From positions 9,861-73,860 of IMG/VR virus record IMGVR_UViG_3300010413_000017: a DNA stretch of 64,000 nucleotides; one strand, given 5' to 3'. Shown piece by piece: positions 10,601-19,545 of this stretch. The position numbers and the translations under genes were made by a program. How positions within the stretch are numbered: position 1 is the stretch's first letter; each line of letters begins with the position of its first letter. A model generated the notes under the pieces. That model did not search any database, was not told the DNA's origin, and saw only the letters and a list, made by a program, of their open reading frames with translations. Origin of the DNA: a virus.

Positions 10601-11495
10601 AAGCCTGCCCCAAGGGATATACGACTTTTTTATTAAAGCTAAAGACCTATCTGGAAATGTGTCTGTTAATGCAACCGTTGTTCGGAATGTTAGAATTTTA
10701 GAATACTACATGCCCACATCTCAAGACTATATAGGTGATTACGATAACGGTACGCAGTTTTCAATCTCTGGTTCATCTTTTTCATTGGCTGAAAGTTATG
10801 CAACTGTAACTAACATGCACTTTGACTATGCTAGAAATAGATACAGACCAGTATCTAAGAACACAGCTAACTTCATTGATTCTATGTATCCTCTTAGTTA
10901 TTATTGTTGGAATCCAGCTACCCCAATGGAAATTGGAATGTATAGCAACCAAGCTAATTTCACTACCTGTAGAGTTTGGGTAAGTGCCGAAGGCGGCGTG
11001 CCTGAAGTGTCGTGGTATAAGGATTATGGCGCGGGTGTATGGAATCCAACATATTATACTAAAGTTTGGGAGGTTGGTGGGGCAGAAACAGACTGGGACG
11101 AGCAACAAATGGGTGTGTACGGGACAAGTGAAGTTGGGTGGTATAATTGGAAAACTAAAATGAAGTTAGCTGACCCTCTAGATGAAGATGGAGAAGGATG
11201 CGTCTATGTGCAGAATTATACCCAATCAGCCGATATACCTATGGAAGCTATTAATGATATAGCAACAATTGCAGTGGGTGGGAGTTATATACATTTCTAC
11301 AAGTATATTGGAAACTTCCCCAGAGTTACAGCTACAATAAGTTCTGGGGATGGTTACTCTGTCAAACTAAGTGACATTACGAGTGAAGGCTTTGCTTGCA
11401 CAATCTATGACGAGGACGGTATTGATGTAGGTGGGTCAGTCCACTGGAAGGCAACTACTGGGCTGGGGATTGTTGCACCTGGAGGTTATACATAA
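7632..11495 (+). CDS. Central tail fibre / host specificity protein (gpJ-like, with gpI-like N-terminus and FN3-like domains)
   Basis: GARNRAVPYGVVPRVYGRIRMTPP, RIKASDQLSG, NPA, FTPRNSWDF, GKTAPPADVTGF. Confidence 0.9.
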   Translation: MPDLAEKNLIQVVACPNPFTLDRMEFCEEARLSLQEILEQVQPKAHLRRRARIAVNGEPIDPDDWPFFFPAPGSYIDIRVVPKAPIAAIFIGIAAIAAQAGIAGAVAAPWGMLLGALAATVISVVGYLLLGAFVKPPSLQGPGQPATESTEDTPTRYLTGARNRAVPYGVVPRVYGRIRMTPPLAAMYYTELSNVTSANAIAYKWRHSSDYWAPTPKTQTNPDEYLARSQHFQTSSGERTGEEQWLRMLVTWGLGPLEVTDIKIADTDLYEFQGVEYDFRPGYHEDNRIGLYTNDYYEESLNIALTNAGGRQYRTTADDTDEFSIDIVFNGLYSIDKQYGGKNLVNVSFNIWYRKEGTTNDVWAGALSVTCAKMGAIRRGFRFILPEPGKYTIGVERTTADSDDENVVDESYWGALRSVKYEYPVKETGVALSAVRIKASDQLSGAVDELNGIAYSIIRDWDRYSQQWVRRKTKNPASHYLHILTDEDANPDAIPDARVDFTSLQEFHEFCEDNEFDCNIVFDSRISAQSALDLVAACGRAVRAMPSGKHGVVIDKPREIIAQHFTPRNSWDFSASQAFINEVHGFRCPFTDENNNWQETEVTVYADGYSENNATKFEELKLEGITKYEQVYKLARYYLAVAEYQREIVTFKSDFEYLTCERGSRIVFSHDVMLIGLKAGRLKEVHTNPVSTYVDWLYFDDPVTVEPGSSYSVQVRLYDGESLIIPVTNPATTSTITVDNLEITTPINPAIQTEPRVGDLFSFGESGLVTQELLVLGIEPHPDLTATLTCTIYDPVVYTAADGPIPKYTPKISVPVEWNTPTVAGIYSDGSVLYWAQGSWQSRILVTFSYPPIMPGYWGIEGQIRRYGEDEGSWQSVEAPLTEGEISFKDVEDGKTYEMRFRYIKTSGFRQGMPWTDSVTHTVLGKTAPPADVTGFHVYQDHGVVVLKWSEVNEHDLKEYILKYAGAGYANWDTAGYLTTAAKGTNRTDKSLPQGIYDFFIKAKDLSGNVSVNATVVRNVRILEYYMPTSQDYIGDYDNGTQFSISGSSFSLAESYATVTNMHFDYARNRYRPVSKNTANFIDSMYPLSYYCWNPATPMEIGMYSNQANFTTCRVWVSAEGGVPEVSWYKDYGAGVWNPTYYTKVWEVGGAETDWDEQQMGVYGTSEVGWYNWKTKMKLADPLDEDGEGCVYVQNYTQSADIPMEAINDIATIAVGGSYIHFYKYIGNFPRVTATISSGDGYSVKLSDITSEGFACTIYDEDGIDVGGSVHWKATTGLGIVAPGGYT

Positions 11496-13133
11496 ATGGC
11501 TTTACATTATCCAATCTGGGCTACGCCTATGTGGATTACCACACAAGCGACTCACACAGCTATGCTGGCGAACATGAACTGCTTACAGCCAAATATGAAG
11601 CCGTGGACTTTATTTACAGACTTGGGTGGTGCTGTTACTGTTACATATTATGGTGGTGGTGGATGTTCCCTTAGTGATAACTTTGGTTGGATAAATTGCA
11701 ACGTAACTAATGGTGGTAGCACTGTTGATGATGTGAGCTTTCGCCAGTCAGCTAATCTGTTTGGCGAAGGTATAAGGATGCAAAAGGATAATACTTATCT
11801 TGTTCTTGCATACGTGAAGCCTAGCTCGGCGGCCAAACAAGTTCGTCTTGACGTCTACTCTCCTGACTTTGGACTTCATACTAGCGGCTTACTAACAGGC
11901 TGGACTCCTGCCACTTGGAGCATTGCGGCATTTTACTGTACTCCTAGCACGTCCACCCGCAATGCGGAAGTTAGGTTTTGTATAGGCGGCAATACTGGTC
12001 AGATTGGATTAACCTTATTTTGGCTTCGTCCAGAGGTTAATAACTACACCAAATTGGGGATTGACGACGCTTTCACCCGTCTAACAAAATTTAGTCACTT
12101 TAATGTCTACGGCAAACCGATTGGTACGACATTTCTGAATGTTGTAAAATGTTGTGTAGCATCAGGCACTTATTTTAAAGAATCTACACGCACTATATCA
12201 ACGAAATCTAGACAAGAGGTGACGTTTACTTTTGACACTGTACGGCGCGGCTGGCGTTACAACCAAGTTTATATATCGCAAGAGACAGGAGCGGCTGGAT
12301 ATGCAAAGGGAACAGTCTCCTTCTATCCTGTTGAACCAGAACTGCCTGACTTACCTTCGGCTGGAGGTATTCCTTTGGCGGCAGTGCGTTGGATGTCAAC
12401 TCAGTACGGTATTTCTGGTCCTGACGTCACAGATAACAGATGTGTGTCAACTCTAGGGGAAGAAATATCGGGTACAGGTAGTACCCAAACTTTTGCTTCT
12501 TCAGGCTCGTTTACTGTCCCACACGACGGTTGGTACATTGTTCGCCTGCTTGGAGGTGGTGGAGGAGGTGGGGCAGGTAGTTCGTCTGCTACTTGTGGCG
12601 GAGGTGGTGGTGGAGGCTCGCCTCTGTACGGTTATGTTGTAGAACTCTCAGAGGGTGACATATATAATGTTTTACTTGGCCCAGGTGGTACAGGAGGTTC
12701 TGGTGCTGGTTCTAACGGTGCTGATGGAACAACGACGTCCTTTTTACGCCACTCGGGAGTAGGAGCTAATCAAGCAACTCTTTATGGGTGGGGAGGTTAT
12801 GGAGGTAAAGGGGCAGGCGCGAATCCGGGCACGGGTGGGGTAGGTGATGTACTTAGTGTAGGTGGTTCTACTACTGTTTGTCGCAAACTCTTTACTTATT
12901 CCCTAGGAGAGACTGGGGAAGACGGCTTCGGTGCTTCCGGTAGTGGTTATGGAGGCGATGGCGGTAACAGTGGGGCGCGCCAAGGAAACGGAGGTTCTGG
13001 TGGGTCTCCTGGGGTTGGAGGCGCTGGCTCGAACTATGGTGCTGGCGGCGGTGCGGGTAGTGGTAGTGTTGGTTCGGGCTTAAATGGCGCAGGAGGTAGT
13101 CCCGGTTGGGCTTCAGTAGCATGGCTTTTATAG
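11496..13133 (+). CDS. Glycine-rich tail fibre-like protein 1
   Basis: F...G.FT.P..G.Y.V.L.GGGGGGG glycine-rich domain; follows gpJ-like gene. Confidence 0.65.
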   Translation: MALHYPIWATPMWITTQATHTAMLANMNCLQPNMKPWTLFTDLGGAVTVTYYGGGGCSLSDNFGWINCNVTNGGSTVDDVSFRQSANLFGEGIRMQKDNTYLVLAYVKPSSAAKQVRLDVYSPDFGLHTSGLLTGWTPATWSIAAFYCTPSTSTRNAEVRFCIGGNTGQIGLTLFWLRPEVNNYTKLGIDDAFTRLTKFSHFNVYGKPIGTTFLNVVKCCVASGTYFKESTRTISTKSRQEVTFTFDTVRRGWRYNQVYISQETGAAGYAKGTVSFYPVEPELPDLPSAGGIPLAAVRWMSTQYGISGPDVTDNRCVSTLGEEISGTGSTQTFASSGSFTVPHDGWYIVRLLGGGGGGGAGSSSATCGGGGGGGSPLYGYVVELSEGDIYNVLLGPGGTGGSGAGSNGADGTTTSFLRHSGVGANQATLYGWGGYGGKGAGANPGTGGVGDVLSVGGSTTVCRKLFTYSLGETGEDGFGASGSGYGGDGGNSGARQGNGGSGGSPGVGGAGSNYGAGGGAGSGSVGSGLNGAGGSPGWASVAWLL

Positions 13134-13145
13134 GAGTTAATATCA

Positions 13146-14216
13146 ATGGGTAATAGTGGTCTTTGGCAAATACCTGACAGGTGTATAGACGAACCAGTTA
13201 TCTGCCAAGTCAAGGTAGAAAATTGTTTACAAGTCTTAGGCAATCAATATTTAAGATTTTGCGTAGAGCAGTCTTTGCCAACTGCGAGTCGAACTCTATA
13301 CATAAGTGGCGGTTACATCTATAAAACAGTAGACAGAACCATTAACTCCATAAGCGCAACATACGTAACCTTAGCGACAGGAGATGCTACCTTTGCTCGG
13401 CGTGATTTGATTCAAATGAATAACTCAGGCACTATTAGTGTTAAGCAGGGTACGCCTGCCGCCTCGCCACAGTATGCTACAGTCACTACTGGATATTTCC
13501 CTCTAGCTGGAATTTACGTACCTGCAAACGCAACAACTCTTGGGGCACAAAGAATAACTGATTTACGTTTCATAGATAGGATTGGGTTACAAAGTGAAGA
13601 TTCTGGTATAACTACCTTTGCCGGTAATGGAACTTTCACCGCTGTTAAAACAGGACCACACTATATCACTATGATTGGAGGTGGTGGAGGAGGAGGAGGC
13701 GGCACAAGAGTTTCTGCGGCTACTCATTCTGGCGGCGCTGGTGGAGGTGGTGGAGGACAAGCTAGTTGGGTGTTAGACTTATCACAGGGAGTGCAATATA
13801 CTATTACTATCGGTGCTGGTGGTAGCGGAGGGGGAGTAGGTGCAGACGGGAGTCCGGGTCAAGCCACAAACTTTAAACAGGGTGCTACCTCACTGGCATC
13901 GGTTCATGGTGGTGGACAAGGGCAAAGAGGTATGTGGCCTGCTAATGCTGCTGGTGGGTACGGAGGCTATGCTCAGCCGAATAGTAAAGCCTCTCATCAT
14001 GCACGAGGATATACAGGAGACGGCTGTTTGGCGGGTGGATGGACAGGCGGAGATGGTGGCAACGCAGGTGCCAGATTTGGTACTGGAGGCTCGGGTGGGA
14101 CACATTACGTCGGTGGAAGCAATGGCGCGGCCTACGGCGGTGGTGGTGGTGGCGGAGGCGGAGACTGGACTTCGGGCGGAGATGGCGCGAGTGGATACGT
14201 CAGAATTATTTATTGA
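13146..14216 (+). CDS. Glycine-rich tail fibre-like protein 2
   Basis: R.D.I....GT.A.SP..P, PLA.IYVPA, DLR, then Gly-rich domain ending GYVRIIY. Confidence 0.65.
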   Translation: MGNSGLWQIPDRCIDEPVICQVKVENCLQVLGNQYLRFCVEQSLPTASRTLYISGGYIYKTVDRTINSISATYVTLATGDATFARRDLIQMNNSGTISVKQGTPAASPQYATVTTGYFPLAGIYVPANATTLGAQRITDLRFIDRIGLQSEDSGITTFAGNGTFTAVKTGPHYITMIGGGGGGGGGTRVSAATHSGGAGGGGGGQASWVLDLSQGVQYTITIGAGGSGGGVGADGSPGQATNFKQGATSLASVHGGGQGQRGMWPANAAGGYGGYAQPNSKASHHARGYTGDGCLAGGWTGGDGGNAGARFGTGGSGGTHYVGGSNGAAYGGGGGGGGGDWTSGGDGASGYVRIIY

Positions 14217-14227
14217 GGTAAGAAGAT

Positions 14228-15271
14228 ATGGGTGGAATTTGGCATTTACCTGACAGCACAACGCAGGATTGCTCTCTCTGGGCGATTAACATAGAAAATT
14301 GTTTAGTCACACTTGAACGCTATGGCTCGTGGCTATTAGTTCAACCTACATCACCTGTAGATATGAAAGTTAGAGTGTTACCTGGCTACATATTCAAGAG
14401 CGGAGACAGGAGCCTGACAGAAGTCAGTAGCGCTACACTTACCATTTCTGCTGCTCATGCTACTAATCCTAGGCAGGACGTTATTGAAATTAATGCTGAA
14501 GGCACTATACAAGTTAAGAGTGGTACAGCGGCGTCACCTGCTTTGTTCCCCACTCTTACTACTGGATTTCATCCATTGGCAGTTATCTACGTTCCTGCTC
14601 AGGCTACTTTAATTCACTTAGATAACATTCTTGATTTGCGCTTGTTAGGGGGGCTAGGTTATCAGCAAGCCGCGATAGGTGTAGAAGAATTTACTGCGGT
14701 AGGTACATATGTTTTTACCGCTAAGAAAACTAGCCCACATGTAATAACCTGTGTAGGTGGGGGCGGTGGTGGCGGAGCTGCGGGCGGTGTAAGTTACGCT
14801 ACAGGAGGCGGTGGAGGAGGTGGAGGCGAAACGACTACAGCCATCATACAACTCACAGAAGGGGTAAACTATACAGTAGTTGTTGGACTAAAGGGTTTTA
14901 GTAGTAGTGGTGCCGCCTCTAACGGAAACTCATCCTCGCTGGCTTCGGGTGCAACTACTTTCATATATGCGTCAGGTGGAGTAGGTGGGAGGTCAGGATG
15001 GGAGTCGCCCAACGGCGGTGCTGGTGGCGGCCCACCTGGGATTGACAGAGATAGACTTTCAACTAGTAATGGGGCAGATGGTGGGAACGGCACTGCCTCT
15101 GTAGGTGGAAATGGAGGTGGCTCGGGGGCTTTTGTGGGCTCAGGGGGTAGTGGCGCGTCAGGCCACGGAGACAATGCTACAGGTTATGGCGGTGGCGGCG
15201 GAGGTGGCTGTCCAGGCGGAGCCTACGGAGGCGGTAATGGTACAGACGGTTATGTGAGGATTTCATACTAA
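14228..15271 (+). CDS. Glycine-rich tail fibre-like protein 3
   Basis: Full-length paralog of 13146-14216. Confidence 0.65.
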   Translation: MGGIWHLPDSTTQDCSLWAINIENCLVTLERYGSWLLVQPTSPVDMKVRVLPGYIFKSGDRSLTEVSSATLTISAAHATNPRQDVIEINAEGTIQVKSGTAASPALFPTLTTGFHPLAVIYVPAQATLIHLDNILDLRLLGGLGYQQAAIGVEEFTAVGTYVFTAKKTSPHVITCVGGGGGGGAAGGVSYATGGGGGGGGETTTAIIQLTEGVNYTVVVGLKGFSSSGAASNGNSSSLASGATTFIYASGGVGGRSGWESPNGGAGGGPPGIDRDRLSTSNGADGGNGTASVGGNGGGSGAFVGSGGSGASGHGDNATGYGGGGGGGCPGGAYGGGNGTDGYVRISY

Positions 15272-15699
15272 TGCGTCAGTTTGTTAAGATTAATAAACAA
15301 GGTATTGTTGATGAAGTCATTTCCGAGTTCATCCCCGAACAGGGTGTAGATTTTGAGTTCTTGGAAGTGTCACCTGAGCTTGCTAGCCGCATTAAGAAGA
15401 AACCCAGAAACTGGCGAGTTGAGAAAGGCAAGCTTTTTAAACAAGAATCTGACAACCTGAGTGAGAAGCCGGAATTGAGTAAACGGCTTAAACGGGATTT
15501 TACTAATTTCGCTGTTGTGGAAGCACTAGGCCAGTTTATTTCTACTCCGGCTTTTTTGGCCTTTCGAACTCAATGGAGAGTATACATTAGGACTCTAGTC
15601 AAGGCTGTGCGTAAGGGGGAATATGACGATTTGCCTACTTCCCCACTACCTGCCGAAGAGGTGTTACTAAGAATTTCTTTAGATGAGGGATGGACATGA
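15271..15699 (+). CDS. Hypothetical protein, possible fibre assembly chaperone
   Basis: TAATG-coupled to the fibre gene; WR.Y...L...P..P C-terminus reminiscent of tail fibre assembly proteins. Confidence 0.4.
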   Translation: MRQFVKINKQGIVDEVISEFIPEQGVDFEFLEVSPELASRIKKKPRNWRVEKGKLFKQESDNLSEKPELSKRLKRDFTNFAVVEALGQFISTPAFLAFRTQWRVYIRTLVKAVRKGEYDDLPTSPLPAEEVLLRISLDEGWT

Positions 15700-15702
15700 A
15701 CA

Positions 15703-16071
15703 ATGATGAATCTTGGCGAAAAAGAATTTGTAGCGGGTTGGACATTCGACGGCTGGGTAACTGCCGAGGAGCTAACAAAGGTCCTCCTTGATACAGTAGT
15801 ATATGTCGAAATGACTGTTTTTGATGACCCTGTGGTACGAGACTTCCCCACATCCGATGGCAAGGGAGGTGAAGGGTCTATGGCTTTTGTTATGTTGCAC
15901 GAATCTGGAATAATGGGGAACACATACCAATACGTCAAACATGACAAAACAGAAAAACGTGTGAGAATCCTCTTAGCATCCTGCAAGCAGTTTATGGCTT
16001 ACGATGTGGGGGTCTTTTTAAAGAATAGATTAGACCTGCCGATGATATGTCGGGGACAATTCACTTATTAA
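15703..16071 (+). CDS. S-adenosylmethionine decarboxylase (SpeD/SpeH)-like pyruvoyl proenzyme, divergent
   Basis: GG.G......L.ES (Glu-Ser autocleavage site), NTY in place of HTW, SCK.F; size of about 120 aa fits class 1B AdoMetDC. Confidence 0.5.
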   Translation: MMNLGEKEFVAGWTFDGWVTAEELTKVLLDTVVYVEMTVFDDPVVRDFPTSDGKGGEGSMAFVMLHESGIMGNTYQYVKHDKTEKRVRILLASCKQFMAYDVGVFLKNRLDLPMICRGQFTY

Positions 16072-16081
16072 AAGGAATAAT

Positions 16082-16630
16082 ATGAGCGACTTAATAGACA
16101 GAATAAATAAAATTCCTGGGAATAAGATTATTGTTCCCAATGGTAGTACAAAAGCAATTATTAAAGCTATTCTTGTGATGCTAATTGCTACTACTTTATT
16201 CTTTTTTGGCGTTTCCTTTTGGCCATATAAAATCTTTGATAAAGCTATAGCAACAGCTGTCCCTGATAATGGTGCTACATTCAATCCTGGCTGTCCTATA
16301 AGGTGGTCTGTTGAATACGTCTTACCCACTGAATTACCAACGTCGCACAGAATCCAATTAATTGTTGAATATCCAGGACCAGACTGGATAATTACATATC
16401 AATCGCATGAGGGCACTATACACGGAGCAGAGCGAGATAAAACTGGCCGAAGTGATGTTATAGAAGTTGGTACTATAACACTACCAAGAGGTAAGATTTT
16501 GGAGAATAGACGGTTTAAAATTAAGCATATCTATAAAACCCAACTGTGGTGGCGGCCAATTTTCCAAGAAGTCGAAACGCCGTGGTATTTGTCTGGTAAA
16601 TTTGACATGCAGGAGGACGAATGTGAGTAA
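16082..16630 (+). CDS. Membrane-anchored hypothetical protein
   Basis: One hydrophobic segment (AILVMLIATTLFFFGVSFW); AAGGA RBS. Confidence 0.6.
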   Translation: MSDLIDRINKIPGNKIIVPNGSTKAIIKAILVMLIATTLFFFGVSFWPYKIFDKAIATAVPDNGATFNPGCPIRWSVEYVLPTELPTSHRIQLIVEYPGPDWIITYQSHEGTIHGAERDKTGRSDVIEVGTITLPRGKILENRRFKIKHIYKTQLWWRPIFQEVETPWYLSGKFDMQEDECE

Positions 16631-16886
16631 TGTTGGTGTTGGTGTTGATTTAGTTGAGCATATCGGTACTCTTTTAGGCATTTTATCCGCCCTGCTAGCT
16701 GTTTCAGTATATTTGTTTTGGCGTACTTTTGTCAGTGTCGAGAACAAATGCGCAGAGGTTGAACGTATTGTTAAGGAGATGCTCATTGGTGACCATTTTG
16801 CAAAAAATAAAGATTTGGACAGAGAAATAGCAGAGTTGTGGAAAGCTGTAAATGAGGTTAGGAGAGGGGAGTGGTCGCAAAAATGA
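16623..16886 (+). CDS. Small membrane protein, holin-like candidate
   Basis: GTG start after AGGAGG; one TM segment plus charged coiled coil. Confidence 0.45.
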   Translation: MSNVGVGVDLVEHIGTLLGILSALLAVSVYLFWRTFVSVENKCAEVERIVKEMLIGDHFAKNKDLDREIAELWKAVNEVRRGEWSQK

Positions 16887-16908
16887 GGTACTTAAGTGAG
16901 GTGCTTAA

Positions 16909-17070
16909 GTGCAACGACAGGCGGAAGTAATAGAGAAAATACTAGCATATTCCGTAGAAAGGTTGGCAAAAGAGAGAGCAAAGCTGCGGCATAGGCTTTT
17001 AGCTATTATTGCGATGAATGTGGTGGAGATAGCGCTAATTATAGCGGTTTTATTAAAGCTCTACTTTTAA
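16909..17070 (+). CDS. Small membrane protein (53 aa, not in ORF track)
   Basis: GAGGTG RBS, GTG start, hydrophobic C-terminus LLAIIAMNVVEIALIIAVLLKLYF. Confidence 0.45.
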   Translation: MQRQAEVIEKILAYSVERLAKERAKLRHRLLAIIAMNVVEIALIIAVLLKLYF

Positions 17071-17167
17071 AATGTTAAAGTATCTTTTCTCTTCCTGCTA
17101 TCTTTAGGGCAACCACTGCCACGCTAGGTCGTTCACAAAGATGCGAAGGAAACTAAGTGAGGTAAAT

Positions 17168-17338
17168 ATGGGTGATGTAATCGAGTTTAAAATTACAGAT
17201 AAGATTTTAAGAAAACGATTAGAACATGAACGAAGAGAGATGTTGAACAATTTGTATCATGTAACACGTGGATTTCAGTTCCCCGGACAGGACGAAGAGA
17301 CAAGAACTCAGTTCGAAGAGGGGTATTTTGAGCTTTGA
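17168..17338 (+). CDS. Hypothetical protein
   Basis: GAGGT RBS before ATG; last + strand gene before the convergence point. Confidence 0.45.
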   Translation: MGDVIEFKITDKILRKRLEHERREMLNNLYHVTRGFQFPGQDEETRTQFEEGYFEL

Positions 17339-17434
17339 TACGTTGTTGCTCAAAACACCCCTATCATAAATTATCTACTTGTTAAAAACTCCCGTTAGAC
17401 GCCGACTCAGAAGCTCAAAATGCTAGAGTGCGGG

Positions 17435-17689
17435 TTATTCTTCGTCTGTAAGCTCGTCGAGGGGTATTCCTGTTCCATGTAAGAACCTGTCGTGCGCAAG
17501 TCCTGTAATAATTCCATACCATTCCAACGAGTCAGAAAGTCCTCCTGTCAAAATCCGCCTGTCCATGTGCCCAGCCTCTGTACGCACAGTGAAGATAACG
17601 CAAATCTCGTCGATGTCATTACTTAGAGCGTCGAGTCGACGTAGCACCTTTTGTACAGAGTTCTTATCCAAGTGAACCACTTTTGCCAT
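17435..17689 (-). CDS. Hypothetical protein
   Basis: GGAGG RBS; last gene of the minus-strand unit. Confidence 0.6.
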   Translation of the reverse strand: MAKVVHLDKNSVQKVLRRLDALSNDIDEICVIFTVRTEAGHMDRRILTGGLSDSLEWYGIITGLAHDRFLHGTGIPLDELTDEE

Positions 17690-18695
17690 ACAACAAACCT
17701 CCTTTTAGTAGTGCGGTTAGAAATGGGTCACACACAAGTGTGGAACGCAGGTTGTCCAATTTCCATTCAAACGGATACTCATTCAACGTAGAAACATAAG
17801 CATCAAGGTGCTCTTTCATATCTGGGTGGGACGCAACGAACCGGTTCAGAAGAACGAATAAGGCGTTGAGCCACGCCTCTCTGTTATAGAACTGTTCCGC
17901 GGTATATGGGTCTAGCCCTCCTCTGATGAGATAACGCAGGACAATGCGCTTGACAATTTTCTCTGATTGTATATACTCGTCATTACAGAAATCAGACAAG
18001 GACGTTACCGGATGTAGAAACGAGTCTTGGCCGTGTAGCCTGACAAGTGTACTATACTTTGTTTGTTTGAGCGCATCTCGGATTCTGCCACTCGAGACAG
18101 ATATGCATGAAGGGAGTACTTCTGTTGCTAGCCATCTGTTGGGTATCATATTAGCATATTTGAACATCTGCCGCCAAGTTCCTACCCTATGGACGTAGTG
18201 GATGGTACATACTCTAGAGCGGAGATATGACAGCAGACGTTCTGTTACATAATGCGATTCTACTTCCAGACAACGAGTACTGAATATCCCAACGTTGTCT
18301 CCACACTGTAGGCGAGTTCCTCTTGTCCCCCCTGCCGCTACGTATGACGGATTTTTATCTAGTACGTTTACACACTCGATGATTCCGCCTTTTATAGCTC
18401 TGTCACCATCGCAACAATACATAACATACGGAGTTCTAATGGACTTGTTGACGTTCTTGATGGCTTCCCCTTCGTGTGCGGCTGTTGGACAACATTCTAA
18501 CTTGAGGTTTAAGTTAGAGTGCTGGAAGTCCTCTACAACATTACGTGTGGCTCTAATACTTCTGCCTGTACTTAGGTCTGCTATGATGATAAGCCCAGCA
18601 AAGCGTTTTTGGTTGTAATATTGAAGGGCTGTTCTAAGTTTTGGGGAACCGTTCTTCGTTGTAATAATGAGTGTTATTTTCTTGTCTGCGCTCAT
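17664..18695 (-). CDS. GT-A fold glycosyltransferase, TIGR00180-like, paralog 1
   Basis: ITLIITTKN, IIIADLS, YCCDGD, IPNRWLATE.L; paralog of 20961-22004 and 47249-48205. Confidence 0.75.
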   Translation of the reverse strand: MSADKKITLIITTKNGSPKLRTALQYYNQKRFAGLIIIADLSTGRSIRATRNVVEDFQHSNLNLKLECCPTAAHEGEAIKNVNKSIRTPYVMYCCDGDRAIKGGIIECVNVLDKNPSYVAAGGTRGTRLQCGDNVGIFSTRCLEVESHYVTERLLSYLRSRVCTIHYVHRVGTWRQMFKYANMIPNRWLATEVLPSCISVSSGRIRDALKQTKYSTLVRLHGQDSFLHPVTSLSDFCNDEYIQSEKIVKRIVLRYLIRGGLDPYTAEQFYNREAWLNALFVLLNRFVASHPDMKEHLDAYVSTLNEYPFEWKLDNLRSTLVCDPFLTALLKGGLLYGKSGSLG

Positions 18696-18702
18696 TCAAA
18701 TC

Positions 18703-19545
18703 TCACGTTTTTGTTTGGTGTGTAACCAAACATGTTTTTAAATAAGTGGCTAACTCTCCTTTTGGACAACAGGCGTGCCAAGAAGGGTCATCACAAATAT
18801 CTTCTATACCTTTGCCTTTTACTGTATGAGCAACCAGAGCAAACGGCTGACTGTAGTGCCTAGAATTAATATACTTGAATGCTTCAAGAAGTGAGGCAAA
18901 GTCATGTCCGTCGCATACGGCCGTCCTCCACCCAAAAGCGGAAAACTTTTCTTGGATGTTGTCTAGCGGTATAAAGTTGTCTGTAAAATCTGTCGCACAT
19001 ATTCCATTCCTGTCTATGATCGCTACTAGGTTGTTCAACCTGTGAGCGGCGGCGAAATCTGCGGCTTCCCATATTTGTCCCTCGTAGCACTCTCCATCAC
19101 CTAGAAGAGCGAACACAGTATTGTTTTTTCTGTCAAGCTTTAACGCCTTGGCCATCCCACACGCATATGAGAGTCCATGCCCGAGACTTCCGGTTGTAAA
19201 TTCGACTCCGGGCACGTCATGTTGCAAATGAACTCCAAATTTCCCCCCTGCTTGACAGAACGTATCTGTCCAATTACGTGGAAAGAACGCGAGGTCGGAC
19301 AGAACGGCGTAAAGAATTGGAGAGGCTTGTCCTTTACTCAACACAAAGTAGTCACGCTTATCAGAATCTACACTAACTTCTCGCATGACTTGGTAATACA
19401 ATGCCACAAGAATTTCCACGCAGGAAAACGAGCTTGTAATATGCCCTGTTTCTGCTTGGCAACACATATCATACGTCACTGTGCGTAAATGGTGAGCCTT
19501 TTCTGTCAAGTATTCTGTGAGCTGTTTGTGGAGTTCGTTCGTCAT
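18703..19545 (-). CDS. Transketolase-like protein, N-terminal TPP-binding subunit
   Basis: GH..SSFS.VEIL, RD.FVLSKG, TGSLGHGL, GDGE..EG..WEA...N TPP motif, TVKGKG. Confidence 0.92.
   Translation of the reverse strand: MTNELHKQLTEYLTEKAHHLRTVTYDMCCQAETGHITSSFSCVEILVALYYQVMREVSVDSDKRDYFVLSKGQASPILYAVLSDLAFFPRNWTDTFCQAGGKFGVHLQHDVPGVEFTTGSLGHGLSYACGMAKALKLDRKNNTVFALLGDGECYEGQIWEAADFAAAHRLNNLVAIIDRNGICATDFTDNFIPLDNIQEKFSAFGWRTAVCDGHDFASLLEAFKYINSRHYSQPFALVAHTVKGKGIEDICDDPSWHACCPKGELATYLKTCLVTHQTKT

Noticed and set aside
526-15174. Long minus-strand ORFs in the tail module, including Pro-rich ones
   Set aside because: Antisense shadows of real + strand genes; poly-Pro arises from poly-Gly codons
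12550-15250. GGN-rich tandem repeats as non-coding repeats or G-quadruplex elements
   Set aside because: Fully explained by glycine-rich coding, with varied third codon positions
16885-16911. 13-bp tandem repeat GAGGT(A/G)CTTAAGT
   Set aside because: Only two copies and it includes the RBS of the next gene; insufficient support for an operator
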